NCBI GenBank assembly: GCA_964057225.1
Contig: OZ059898.1
Span: forward strand, 9,238,001-9,302,000
Length of the DNA stretch: 64,000 nucleotides
Direction: 5' to 3'
From: Auanema rhodensis
Lineage: Eukaryota > Animalia > Nematoda
Shown: positions 12,001 to 27,762 of the stretch, piece after piece
How positions within the stretch are numbered: the first letter of the stretch is position 1
Layout of the letters: each line of letters begins with the position of its first letter
Translations under genes and position numbers: made by a program
The notes under the pieces: model-generated
The model's database searches: none
The model's input: only the letters and a program-made list of their open reading frames with translations
Told to the model about the DNA's origin: nothing

Positions 12001-15000
12001 ACGAAAGACTATAACTCCCAATTACCGTATAAATATCAAAAACCAAAAGAATGTTTCGTTATAGAACAATAAATATCATTCAGAAATATATCATTACAAT
12101 ACCTAAGAACCAATCAATGCCAATAAGATATACCAGCCTAAGCTATATCAAAATATAATTCGAATTTAATCTTTTTCTTCATTTCAACAGTATTATGGTT
12201 CCAGTGGTATCAATAAATCAATGAAAATCTAGGTTTAAGAATTGAACAGTCAGGCTCAAAATGATCCATAGAACAAACGGCCATCGTTGCGTAAAAAAAC
12301 AATACAGAAACTCAAACGTGTTAGAGCGATCGATTTTAAAGATGAACGAGATAAGAAGTGATTCGTGAGTAGACAAATCAGCCTCATATCCTCAATTGAT
12401 TTGAAAATATTGAGGTAGATCACATATTGCTCGCGCCCATATGCGGTAGAAACATCACGTCATTGGCCTCGAATGAGGATATTGTGGGAATCTGGTTCCT
12501 ATATGTCTCAGGTAGAAGAAAAATGTGATGTTATTTGTTGATAATAATAGTATTCGTATATCATCAATTGGCTGAATGAACAATAAGATTAAGATGAGTT
12601 GTATAAATTGGTATAAGCAAAGAAAAGAAAACATTTGTTCTGATCAGTCTATATCCGGCATGGATGACCTGATTCTAACAATGAAGTATGGATTGTGCAA
12701 TAAATTAAAACGATTAAGAGCATACTGTTAATAAGTGTAGCAGTATCTTACTGCGAGCTGTGAACAATAGGATAACTGATTTACACTATATTGAGCATCA
12801 TAAATTAACCTGAGTAGCCATTTTGTTCTAATTTGATTGGAATCGTATTAATGAATGATTAATTGACTTTACCCCAAGTTGCACCTGAGAAACTATTCAT
12901 TCTTAATCGCTTTGTTATTTCGTATTATTAAGATCTAAACTAAGATTTGCATAGCTATAATTCGCATAAAGAATAAAGAAAAAGAGGGGAATAAGAGATA
13001 AAGAAAAAAATGAAAAGATTGAATGCACTTTTTGTTTATTTTACATGTTTAATGGAGAAAAAATTTTGTTTCTTTCAAATTTGATATATATGTATATGTA
13101 TATGAACCAATATTTTATAATTTTGTAAAGGAATAAATACTAAGAAGTTCACTTAAGATGTTTCAATCCGAGAAATAGCATTAAAGAATATAAACATTGA
13201 TTTCATAGTAAAATGATGTCTCTTCATTCCCATTGAGTCATCTTGTTGATAATTCCCATAAATGTCATAGCCATAAACAATTTCAACTAAAATATATCTT
13301 CTACTGTAACAATTTTCTTTATTTTTTCGTGACATCTTATTTTATATTTATACATTAGTTTGTCTTATTTGTTTGAGATGTTACTCAACAAACGACAAGG
13401 GTTAAGTTCAAAGTAGTTTCCGGTTGTTGTTAACTAATCCTTTGATAGACCCTTTGACCACAGAAGCATGGGAACCACTGATTCCAATGAATTTGTAAAC
13501 CTCTCAAGACAGATATATAAATAGAAATGTATTTTACTTGACAAGGATTAGTATCCTGAGTGTAAAACAATCGTCATCATTCTTCCAAAGGATTTTTAAA
13601 GATTATTGTGCAATTCTGAATGTTTTTTTTTTGGTTTTTTTTACATAGCATTTCAATTAAATAAACGTTTTTTCTTCAAATTAAATTACAATATAAGTTT
13701 ATCAAATGTCAACACTTTCCATAAAAGTGGAAATATGTAGAATATTCTCATTAAGTTTATTTAAAACAATAAAAATTTAACTTTTATATAAGAAATAACA
13801 TGAATACTTAACTCATGTTTCTACTGATCTTTGCTAACGGAATATACAGAGGATTAACCGTATTTGTCCTTTTTAAAAGAAAAGAAATTGGAAAATGGGA
13901 CACAATCTCACACATGTTGCCCAATTATGATGTGCCATTGGGCACGTAAGTGACAACTAGATCAGATTAACTATATGGTATTAAAGAAAGCGATGCTATC
14001 TATTCTACGGGAGTGTCTGCGGACAATTACCATTTGAATAGAAAGCTTCTAGCGGTATTTTTGAAGTTTACTTACGCAACCCAATGGCGTAACTGAATTG
14101 GGAAAAGAATACGTTATATTCTTTTTTTTAAAACGTTAATTATATGTTAGTTAAGCATAATATTGAATTAAACTATATTCCCTCATAATATTGAATAATA
14201 TTGAATAAATAAAGTTATAAATGAAAAAAAGTATTGTACCCCCTGTTGAGAAAAATTATAATTGAGCAATTATTTCGGTACTTAACCTTTACATCAAATA
14301 AAACCGTTCATCAGTTAAATAAAAAATAAATCAGTTTAATTAATAATTTATATAATTAGACTAAAGTTTATTGTAAATATTTTTATAAATATAAAAATAA
14401 AATTTGTCTTTAATATAATATTTTTTTCTGAAGATCATTGTTATACACTTACCGTATCCATCTAATATGTAAAGCTCAAATATAGCTGAAGTAAAAAATA
14501 GTTTGTTTGATATGTATTTATAACTTATAGGTATAATGAATAAAACAAACATATTTCAAACACAACATTGATATTTACGGCTCAAATGAGGAAAAGTTTC
14601 TGTTTGTATTACACTTTTCTTAATATCTGATGTTATATATGTGTCTTTTTTTTTTCGTCCAAATGAAATAAAAACAGTCAATTGTAAGAATTGAATTTAT
14701 TTAAATGAACTAAGTTTTTATCGTCAACTATCGTATATCTGATTTAACAAAGATAGAAAAGAAGCAAATCAGCTGTTTTTTTTTGTGCATATCATGTTTA
14801 AACATAGTTTTAACCAAATAATGTCTGCCGTTACTTATTTTTGAAATCGAATAAGCTATTCATATATACACATATATATTCTTAAGAATATTTACTTTGA
14901 TCGAAAAGAATTATATTCCCAGTATTATGAAATATATAAGAATATCTATATCCATTATGATAGTCTACGATATGTATGAATGTCTTATATAACATCATCT

Positions 15001-16367
15001 ATATAGATATATGTATGCATATGTCTTAACTATTAACGAATAGTAACAATTCCCATTTTTTTAAACAGATGATGACCACGGAAACAACCGTCAAAAGTTG
15101 GTGAATGACGATGATGATGACTACGTAAGTCTGAATATTTGTATTACACTTGCTTAATATCCGGTCTACAGGATCTCACTCATCTTTTGTTACTCTGCAC
15201 CACTTTCTTCTTCATCACTCGTTTGTCTGATCAATTGTCGTCAACATTGTCACTATCATCATGGTAGATGCCGTTTCTCGTCTATGAAGTCGTGTGTCTA
15301 GCATCCCACTTTCTATCATATCTTCTTATCTTTTTTGCATTGTCTAGTCCTATCTTACTCTATGCTTATCTGGGACAGCCGGCATCTTTTGTCAGCTAAT
15401 CGACGGTGAGCCACTCAACCATCAACCTTTTCTACCAATGTTGGCTGGCAGGATTTAGTGCAGATGATTTGTTGACTTATTTAACACAACAGAAAATAGC
15501 TCTTATAATTCTCGATTATTCATAAAGCTTGAGTTTACACAGTTTACAAAGAAGGAACCTGAAGATAAAGTAAAAAAAATTGGATAACAGTGAACGATTA
15601 TTAAAATCATCTAGTAAATCTAATGAGTAAGTAAAAGAAAAGAAATACATTGTTATAAACAAAATGGAATAGGATATACTACATCTATGGGTTATTACCA
15701 AATTTAAATCATTATTTTGGAAAATATATACAAATAACCAAATGTAAATAATATTGTATTCTTAAAGATAGTATTGTCGACATCAAATTTACATTCCTTT
15801 CTTTTAACGAGTTCTAAACAGACTTTAATCTTTCAACGCAAACCCTCACAAAAACTTATACAGAAACGAAAAATATTTTTTTACAGTATACTACTAGTTA
15901 TGTAAATATATATTGAGTAATATTTCTTATTTTACAGTATTGAGTTTTACCATCTATAACTGTCATTTATGATTCAATATTCATTTTTGACATATGAATG
16001 TATATTGTGTGGATGTCAAAAAAGTTAGGAAATTGTGTGGGAGTAAAGCTCAGCTTTTTCCTCTTTTTCTCTTTCAACCTCTTTTACGTACTCTACCTAT
16101 TTTATCTGTTCTCTTCAATATCCACATCTAAATTTTATCTCTCTACTTATTCTTCTTCTTCTCTCACTTTCATGGACTCTATTCTGTCGTACTGACTGTA
16201 TGTCAATCCATCTTGATTTCTCGTCGTCTAATGGATAAAGAGCAAAGCCTTCTTTTCTATTGTGTACAGAAGCTCTCAACCGGATTCACCTCCCATTTCA
16301 ACGCCTCTACGCCTCTACGTGGGATTCAGTCGAAACGCAGAGCCGCCACTGAGTAACAGCAAGCAAC

Positions 16368-18619
<2,252 letters not shown>

Positions 18620-18843
18620 ACTCTCGATTGATCACCTCTAGTTCCTGTAGCTCATTCTTCACAAAAACGTAGAATGTTTTGTACAGTAATGTCTTAAAAG
18701 ATTTACGTATCTGTTCTGTTTTGATTTAATGCAATAAAGTATATTAATCAACTATCCCTTGTGTTTCTATGAGATAAAAGAATCGAAATCAAAAAGAATA
18801 ACATAATAAGCAATGTTTCATTGGAAACAAAAACAACAACAAC

Positions 18844-19418
18844 TTAGGCCTTGACAGCGTACTTTCTTTTGGGGAAGTTTCTCTGCTTGGCAAGTTGCTT
18901 AGCAGACTTAAGTCCCTCCTCGTGCTTGGTCAAACGTCTTCTGATAGCACGGGTTTGCTTCTTGCGAAGATCAATTGGCTTGTACTTCTTGTTCTAAAAA
19001 AGACATTTAAATTAAAATCCATTTCTTAGTTTACTTACAGCGAAGAACTTTCTAAGCTCTTGCTTCTGGCTCTGGTTGATAACAGTCAAGATACGAGCGA
19101 TGTTCTTGCGAACAACACGGATCTTGGAAAGCTTGGAGGCAGCTCCACCAGTGACCTTTGATACCTAAAATATACGAGATTATAAAATTTTGAAAAAGTA
19201 TTTAAAAACAAAAAGATTTATAAAACACGCAAATAATATCCCTCTAGGAATAACCACGTAACAAAAATAATTACTACATGGAAAAAGTAGAGGTTCAACA
19301 AAAACCATACAAAACTACTAACCCTAAGGGATGACAGCTCAGTCTTCTGAGTCTCAAGCTCCTTCTCGAGCTCTTCCTTCTTCTTACCACGGAGTTCTCT
19401 AGCCTTGACCTTGGTCAT
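18844..19418 (-). CDS. rpl-35: 60S ribosomal protein L35 (uL29), 3 exons
   Basis: [32 protein letters not shown]|[42 protein letters not shown]|[56 protein letters not shown] acceptor (19431-19426) 7 nt before the ATG is a probable trans-splice site. Confidence 0.98.
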
Positions 19419-20310
19419 GATTTCCCTAAAATAGCTATTATAAACACTTTCTACAAAATCAACAGGAATAAAAAGTCAAAAATAATTGAAACAAGAATAT
19501 AATAACTTATTTCATCGAATAATTTATATAAAAAACAAAAACGATGCAGTATTGTAGAGGAAAATAAGTTTAGCCAGGGGGTAGCAATTTTCAGAATGTT
19601 CATACACAAATGCGTAGGTTACGGTAGTGTGTGAAGTATATTCAGGGCAATCGCGCCAGGACACTTTTACTGAAAATATTTTAAGGGCGAAACCTGCAAG
19701 CTACTAGTTTATCATTTCAAAATAGTTAAGAAAGTTCGAAATGTTCATATATTGTGTTTTTCATGTTTAATATAAAAATCAAACGCCAAATATAGTTAAT
19801 TGTTTTAATTATTTAACATTTACACATTTATGTAGTATACGTGATTTTCATTAATAAATAATTAGAAGTTGATGTATTAACGCTTTTTTCATAACATATT
19901 CAAAGGTAGGTTGGAAAATAATTTAATAAAAGCAAGTAGTATACATTTTTTTACGAATGGAAGCTTTATTATGGTCAATATAGCACATTTACAAACGTCA
20001 GGAAATAAATAAAATACACTACGAGATATAAAAGCATGCACATGCTGTCATACTACCAAGCGGAATGTTAAAAAACATTATCTACAGAAATTTTAGGCTT
20101 ATACACTTCATTGAACTATTTCTAGAATAAATTATTTTAAGATGACTTGAATGAAGTAACTAAACCTAGTTTTAAAACATTCAAGCGATAAAATGATACT
20201 CATGTGGAACATAGAAAATTCTTCTTTCTTTAAAAGAAAGTTTTTGCGGCTTTCAGTGCAAATTAAGCGGTTTCGTCAACTACAGTTGTTTTCCATGTTC
20301 CGTTAGCTAG

Positions 20311-23300
20311 TCATTGCTCTTTAGGCTTATTCAAGTCTCGTAGATTGGTCAAAAACTTGTCGGGGGTGATGATTTGATCAGAACCTGAAAATAAGCATGA
20401 TGTTCCTTCAAATAAATTATACTTACCAATTATAACTTCCCATGGCTTTTTAACTTGGGTCACTTCATAAGCTGTTCTCATTTCGGAATAAGTTAGCCCT
20501 CCAACAATGTATATAATAAGGCGAGGCCCACTTCTGTGAGCAGACTGTTGTCCACGTTCTTTATGCCATTGTCCATAACGAGCTGAACTTGGAACTCTAA
20601 AAAACAAGAACATCAGTGTTATCATGTTCAAAAAGCACTAACCTATATTGTTGATTGACTTGTCTTCCGGCTAAGAATGGGAAGTGCTTGGAATCCAGTT
20701 TGTCATCTATAGCATCTTCCATAATATCCTTAAAAACCAAAATATAATTTTCGTCTTTTAAATAACTATTACCTTTAACAAAGGAACCCAGCGAGATGAT
20801 TGATAAACTTGCTCATGTGGTCTTTCCTTCCGAGTAGGATTCCAAACTTTCTTTCGGCCTTGCTAAATGTGTTTTTGAAAAAAAATTCATGACTATTAAT
20901 TATTACATCAGTAGTGATATTCAGACCAAGAAGACCAGCATTCGTAATTGTTTCTTTTTCAGCCATTGCAATATTTGCATGTTGCATCAGTTTGTTTAAA
21001 TTCTCATCAGTGATACCTAAAAGTTTGCTAAAATTTCATAAATTGTATAAACAATACCATTTTTGCTCAAAATGTACAAAATAATCAATCGGAGACGATC
21101 TTCCGTGCGAACAGCTGGATCAATGAGAAGAGGTACCATTATCTTCATAGGATCTTTTACACGTTCTCCTTCTACATCAATTTGAGTAGCAAGGTCCTAG
21201 AAGACAAAACATAACATAAGATAGGTTATTATTTATATTTACTTGTTCAACTTTGCAAAGCTTATCAACTCCGTTTTGATATTGTTTCATGCATTCTTCA
21301 GCAAGATGAAAATGAGTACTAAAAAAATAAATAAAAATTAAACTAAACTAAAATAATAAAAGAAAACCTGAATTTATTGAGTTCCTTCTGATACTGTGGC
21401 ATTTTTTTAATCATCATGGACAAATCTTTAATAGATTTTGCATCCGCTTTCAATCCAACTTTAGAATCGCTGAACTTCTTCAAACCTTTAGTGACCTAAA
21501 ATAATTTTTTAGTTTTGATAACATAGAATTGACACTCACATCTTGTGATACAACAGCAATATGTTTATGTCGGTTTTCCAACCAGAGATCATCGTTCTCA
21601 TCCAAAAGAACCTTAAGCTTAACTATTACCATGATTTCATTTTAATAATAACCTCTTTTTCTGTGGAATCATTTCCTCCAGTTTCGTAACGATAAACATC
21701 GTTTTCGATACCTAGCAAATCATAGCACATAGCTTGGAATGTAAGTTCATGAAGCAATGGAGTAACTGCATCGAATCCGCGATCTAAACAAAATTATTAT
21801 ATAAATGAAACAGATACCTAAATACCTATTATAATAAGTTGACTACGTGCTTTTTCTGCGCCTTCTCCCATGCTAGGATCATCAGCCTTATATGAATCAA
21901 GTTTTTGCTCAACAAGATGCCCGAGTTCAACGTTCCTTTCGAAGTCAAAGCGATATCTTAAAAACAACTTAAATACAGAATAATTTATACGTTAGATACC
22001 TGATGGATGGATATTCTCCAAGAGTTGCACAAACAGTTGCAATTTGCTCAGCGATTCTTTCTAAATTTACAGTTAATCCACCCTGCTTCTGAGCATTGTA
22101 GTAAAGGAAGAAAGTATCGGGTGAATCCAGTGTATATCCCTGACTCTCGTAAGGTGTGAATGCTACATTGATCTCTTTGAGAGTTTTGATAAATCTATGA
22201 ATTGAAAATATACTTGAAAAGAAAAAACTTTTGTAAAATGTACCGAGCTGCTGCGCTTTTACCTAGCTGAGTCATCAGCTGATCTGGACACGCTTCGGTG
22301 AAAAAAACGTGAGCATGGCGATATTGATTTCGAACAGTATAATCTTGAATTAACGCATCGATCTAAACAAAATATGATTTGAAAAACAAGCAAACAATAT
22401 ATACCGAGGATTTGGTAGGGGCCAAAATATAAATGGCGTCCAAACTTGGTAATGGTTCACGTTTTTTTTGTAAATCTTCAACAATTGTTACTCCTTCTTA
22501 AAAAAATATTTTTATTTTTTATCAGAAAATAGAATAGCTTATTACCTTCCATGATATCATGCATTTTACAGCATGCCGACATCATTCTCATTGCCAAACG
22601 GTCAACGATAAGAACATTCCAACCTCCCTGGCCTTCGCTTTTTTTGAGAGGACGAATGACATCATTTAGAAGTTCTTAAATAAGCTAATAAGCTTTAAGA
22701 AAATTGGATAAGATTAGAATGGTTGACACTTTCATTTTATTGGTTTCGAACAACTAGTGCGGTTGAATATGGGAGACAGCCAAAAGTTAGAAGTTGTATT
22801 AAATCCACAAGAGCAAAGAATGAGGCAAATTAAAGAAAAGCTAAAGAAGAAGGAGCTGAAAAAGAAAAAAGGCATGCACGACAATAATATCGATATCCCA
22901 GGGTTAGTTCTACTTTTATGGGATGTTTCCAACTGAGCTACATAGCATTGCCGAATGGCAATACTGACACAGCCGTGGACTATGAATAATAGCATGTTTC
23001 ATATTTTGAAATTTAGAATGGATTACAACAGTATAATTGAGAAATGTGTTCAATTAAGCAATACAGGCGAAAAGATAATAATTGGAAAACATAATGAAGA
23101 ATCGGAAAAAAAAAAGTATAGTGAATATTGTTTAATATACAGAAAATACATTTTATACTAAATATTATCAACCAATATGAAACTGATAAGCAATTGCTTA
23201 AAAAAGTAGATCAAATAAGTCAATATGCAAATGAATTAAAGGTTATTTGAACTATCTTTTTCTTTTATAATTAATTTTATAAGCTTATAGGCTTCTATTT

Positions 23301-23702
23301 CTTTAAATAACGAAAATGTGTCAAAAGCTGAATGCTCTAGTCAAGCTGACGATCATATTATGAACGTTAAACGATTATTAAATAATATACATTACGAGGT
23401 TTTCAATAATATAAAAAAAATATATTAACATCCATTTCAGACTAAGCAAGCAGAGTTTCTTTTAAATAATGAGAATGAAGAAGAAATTATAAAATTACTT
23501 TGTTTAAGAATTTTACATATTTGCGCTGTTGTATTACATTTTATACTTTATGCCATAAGTGTATTAAGAGATTTGCTGGTGGACAAATTTGCAATAAAGA
23601 AGAAATGATTTTTTATACCAAAAATACAACAAAAAATATTCAAATATGTATATATATATATATGTTCAACTTACTATGTCCAACAATTTGTTTAAGAGAC
23701 AT
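20311..23702 (-). CDS. unc-18: UNC-18 / Munc18 syntaxin-binding SM protein
   Basis: Exon 1 23702-23675 MSLKQIVGH|K, then [83 protein letters not shown] and [11 protein letters not shown]...[19 protein letters not shown]. Closely matches C. elegans UNC-18 as I recall it. Confidence 0.98.
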
Positions 23703-25088
23703 TATGAACAACGAATTAGGCTTTACCACACCAAATCCAAGTTCTAAAAGTAAAGAAAAACTAAATAGTACAAAAAATTAATAAGTTAAAAGATTAATAA
23801 TGTCACGAAGAACTCAATACAGTGTCAAAAAGCAAGAAGTATACTACTGTTATATAATATAATAGTTGTTGTACGCAAGGAATATACATTGTTCTACCGT
23901 ATCTAAAATAAGCTTTTCCTGTTTTATGTAATTATCGAAAAATTCATTGTTAAAATACATTTAAAATATGAATTTTACATAAATTTAAGGGTGAAGTGAG
24001 GTGAATAGACAAGAAAAGAGTTCGAACTGGCAGTGACTATGGTCGACATGGCAAATATGGACGCGAAGATCGATACGGCACAGCATCATGGGAAGGCACT
24101 CTGCTATTTTGTGGCAATATCTCGGAATATGCACAAGCTTTGCAGGCCCCTGGTGGTAGCTAGTATGCTATAGATTTTTCTTACTTTTCTATAGGCTAGG
24201 ATGAACTAGGAAGTCGAGAAAAGACAAATACACAATGAAACGATGCTGCTTAAGTTAAAAGACTTAGAGGGGAGTAGGGAGAAAATAAATGTTTGGACGC
24301 GTGTTGTCATATATGTAAATATCAAAAGACTTATAATTTTAAATGAATGTTAACAAATTTTATTTCAAAACATATAAGTTACAAATCCATTAAAAATTTT
24401 TAAAATCATAGTTTTATAATTAAATGAATAGTTTTCGAGTTAATTAAAAGAAACGAATTAGATAATATTATTATGACGAAATAATATTAATACTATAGCC
24501 GCAAAATGTTGAAAAAGAAATAATACTGTGGATTTTAGCATGAAAAACGAACATATGATCTTTATTATACATCTATTGGTTTTTTTTTCATATTGATCCA
24601 TCTGTACAAGCACAATATATATATATATACATATATAAATACATATAATATGTACGTTTGAACAGAAGAGGCGAGTAGAAATATGTATGGTTTTGTTCGG
24701 AGAAAGATACTTAAACTTAAAGTTAACACGAAAATGCATTTCAAAGATATTATGTAATAGTTTTATAAATTAGACAACGATATTTTGTTTTGTTATTTTG
24801 TTAAATAACTTGATATGATATATGTTTTAGGACTTCTTTCAATACTGATTAAAAAGATTTGAAATCCTAATTCTCTTTTTTTTCCAAATTACGTAGACAA
24901 TTTTTTGGATTTCTTGTTTGATCAAATGATAATAAATGACGAGGTTTGCAATATTGTTTCTGTGATTCGTATCCTGTGGTCTTTCGTGCTCTCTTCTAAT
25001 AGCACATCATCTCAAAAATTTCTTATAGTGTAATAGTCGAGCAATGGTTTAAAGAGCCAGTAGAATCGACTATTTATTCTTCTCTACA

Positions 25089-27355
25089 ATGTCTTCAATG
25101 AAAGCACGAAACCGAAATTTAGATGTGGTAAGCCCATTTTGCTTTTATTTTTTTGATATTTTATTTCTTTCCCAGGTTCATCATGGCCTTGTGTTAGTTA
25201 GTGACGGAAATGGAAGAGGACGTCCTTCCAGATTACTACTATCTAAAGGTTTGATTCAAATATGTCTTTCTTTTTCTATTTTGTATTTCATAGATCAACT
25301 GGCAGTTCAATTACCCAGTGATGGTTCATCTTCAACCAATGAACCTCCCGAATGTATAACACCTGAAGAGAATGCAACCCGTGTTGTTAGCATCAAACGT
25401 CGTGGTGGAGGATTAGGTCTTTCTATTAAAGTTTTATATTGTGCATAATTATTCATAGACTAATTAATCTCTAGGGAGGAACAGAGAACGCTCAGAATTT
25501 ACCAATTGTTATCAGTAAAATATTCCCTGGATTGCCAGGTTTCAGAATTATTAGTAATAAGATATTCAAATGAATATTAAGCCGATCAATCTGGACAATT
25601 ATACGTTGGAGATGCTATTGTTGAAGTGAACGGTATATCGGTTGAAGGAAAATCACATGATGAAGTTTGATTAAATAATATTTTGATCTGACATATAATT
25701 ATAGGTTGTTGATATGTTAAAAATCGAAGGTGACGAAGTTAAACTTGGTGTTCGACATTATACTCATATAACTCCGTATTTAAAGTATTGTTTTTCTTAT
25801 ATTTTCAATTATTTCTTTTTAAAATCTTTTAGGCCTGCCTTATCATTACAACCTGGAAGAAGTGGTAGTGCCTTGGATAAATTATATGAGCCGAATACTT
25901 GGAAGGTAGATTATCATATCTTCTTCGCATTAAACTCTTATCTTTGCTTTAGTCAGCCATGAAAGCTCAATCTGATCTTGGGCTGTATGATGGTGAACGA
26001 ATTGATGGAAAGGATGAAAAATGGCGTACTATGACAACGATTCCGTTGCCAATGGCATATGTAACTCAGTACTTATGGGGTACAGATAATATGAGGTTAT
26101 AACAGGAACTACTAGCTATTTTCTAATATAATAAAGTTTAAAGACCAAACTCCTTTGAAGTACGAGCTGTGGACGGTACATCTTCGGGTATAATACATTG
26201 TGAGGACGCTCGAGCACTTGAACAATGGCTGGGACATATTTATAATCATATAAACGTGAGGTTTAGATTTACATTTCAAAATATTAAAATATACATATTG
26301 AAGGGCTTAAATCATAAAAGTATTAAAATGAGCAATAAATATCTTCATCAAAGTGAACAGGTTAGTATGTCTGTAACCAAAGATTTAATAGCTTCAAAAT
26401 CAGATCAGTTATATCGGTTGGGTAAATGAACACATGGGTGAAGGATTAGCAGAAGATCCAAAGCTTAAATGGGAACCCCGATTTTTGATTATTAAAGGAG
26501 GAGATGTTTGTATTTTTGAAAGTCCGCCTGTGAGTCATACTATTTTTTTGTAACTTTTATTAGTTGAAGTGCTCAGAAACAAGATCAAAATCAATAATTT
26601 TCATTTTATTTTCAGTTGAATTCTGAAGACCTGAATAAATGCATTTATTTATATAAATGTTATGATATAGCACTTCGAATGGTCAGCAGTTTATTTAATA
26701 TAAAATATATTTTATTTGGCAGGTTCCCAATGATTCGAGAAGAATTGATAAAAGAGAAAATTGCTGTTACATTGAAACATCATTACCAAATGGATTTAAG
26801 CATTATTTATCATTTGATTCTGCACAAATGTTAGAACAATATGAATATTGTTATTATAAATGTGTTTATAATACAGTAACTTCTATGCAGGTATATTATA
26901 CAAATATTTTATATTATTTCATCATTATTTTCATGTTAAGACAAGAACATTTGCATGTAGCTATGAAAGTCGACCATGTGGTTTAGTCTTTGATATAAAA
27001 CAAGGAATAAGTGTATATGATATTCCTACAAAGGTAAATTTATTTTTATAAAAAATAAAAAATTTTATTTAATCAATTTTAGAGTTATGTTTGGCAATAT
27101 AGATTCCGTGACCTTCATTCATCTAGTGATGATGGCAAAATGCATGTGCAGCTTGTATTCAAAGATGATAGATCTTTATCTCAAGATAAATTAGAAATTA
27201 AAGTTTGTACTTACTTTAATTTATTTTTAAATTTTATTCTTCAGGAAATGGAATCAGATGAAGTTGTTACGATATCATTCAATTTACATTCGTTTTTGAT
27301 TACAAAAGTAGTAGCAGCAGACCCTGATTTTATAAAACAGAATCCTTTATTATAA
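25089..27355 (+). CDS. stn-2: Gamma-syntrophin (split PH - PDZ - PH - SU)
   Basis: PDZ: [129 protein letters not shown]...FNLHSFLITKVVAADPDF; stop at 27355. Confidence 0.9.
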
Positions 27356-27762
27356 GTACTTGTAAATAATTATATCAAATTAATTGCAGTTTGTTTTCAA
27401 TAATATAATAGATTTAAGATTATGTTGTTGCCCATTGCTTGAGAAATTTACGAAATTCTTTTTTTCTGTATTTTCATCTATTATAAATGTTTAATTGATC
27501 AAAATAATAAATAATTTCTTTTTTTTTCATTATTTTTGAACAAAAAAAATATAAAAATACTATACTATGCTATCATAATTTAATTTGTAGATAAATATAC
27601 TATATATATATAGTATATAGTATATATAGTATATATATATTTATATACAAATAGCTTAATTTGTTATAATAAACATTTATATAATGTTATATATGTGAAA
27701 ATAAAATACTAAAATTACAAAGAAATCAATAGATCCCTAGCTATATATATATTAGTGAAATT

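Noticed and set aside
19165-19322. snoRNA or NMD-coupled alternative splice in rpl-35 intron 1
   Set aside because: No convincing C/D or H/ACA boxes and no strong alternative donor seen.
19418-20311. unc-18 / rpl-35 as an operon
   Set aside because: The unc-18 AATAAA (~19965) is >500 nt from the rpl-35 acceptor, much more than typical ~100 nt operon spacing, and a promoter-like patch lies between.
22732-23781. Short ORFs in unc-18 intron 1
   Set aside because: Low-complexity AT-rich ORFs without splice or homology support.
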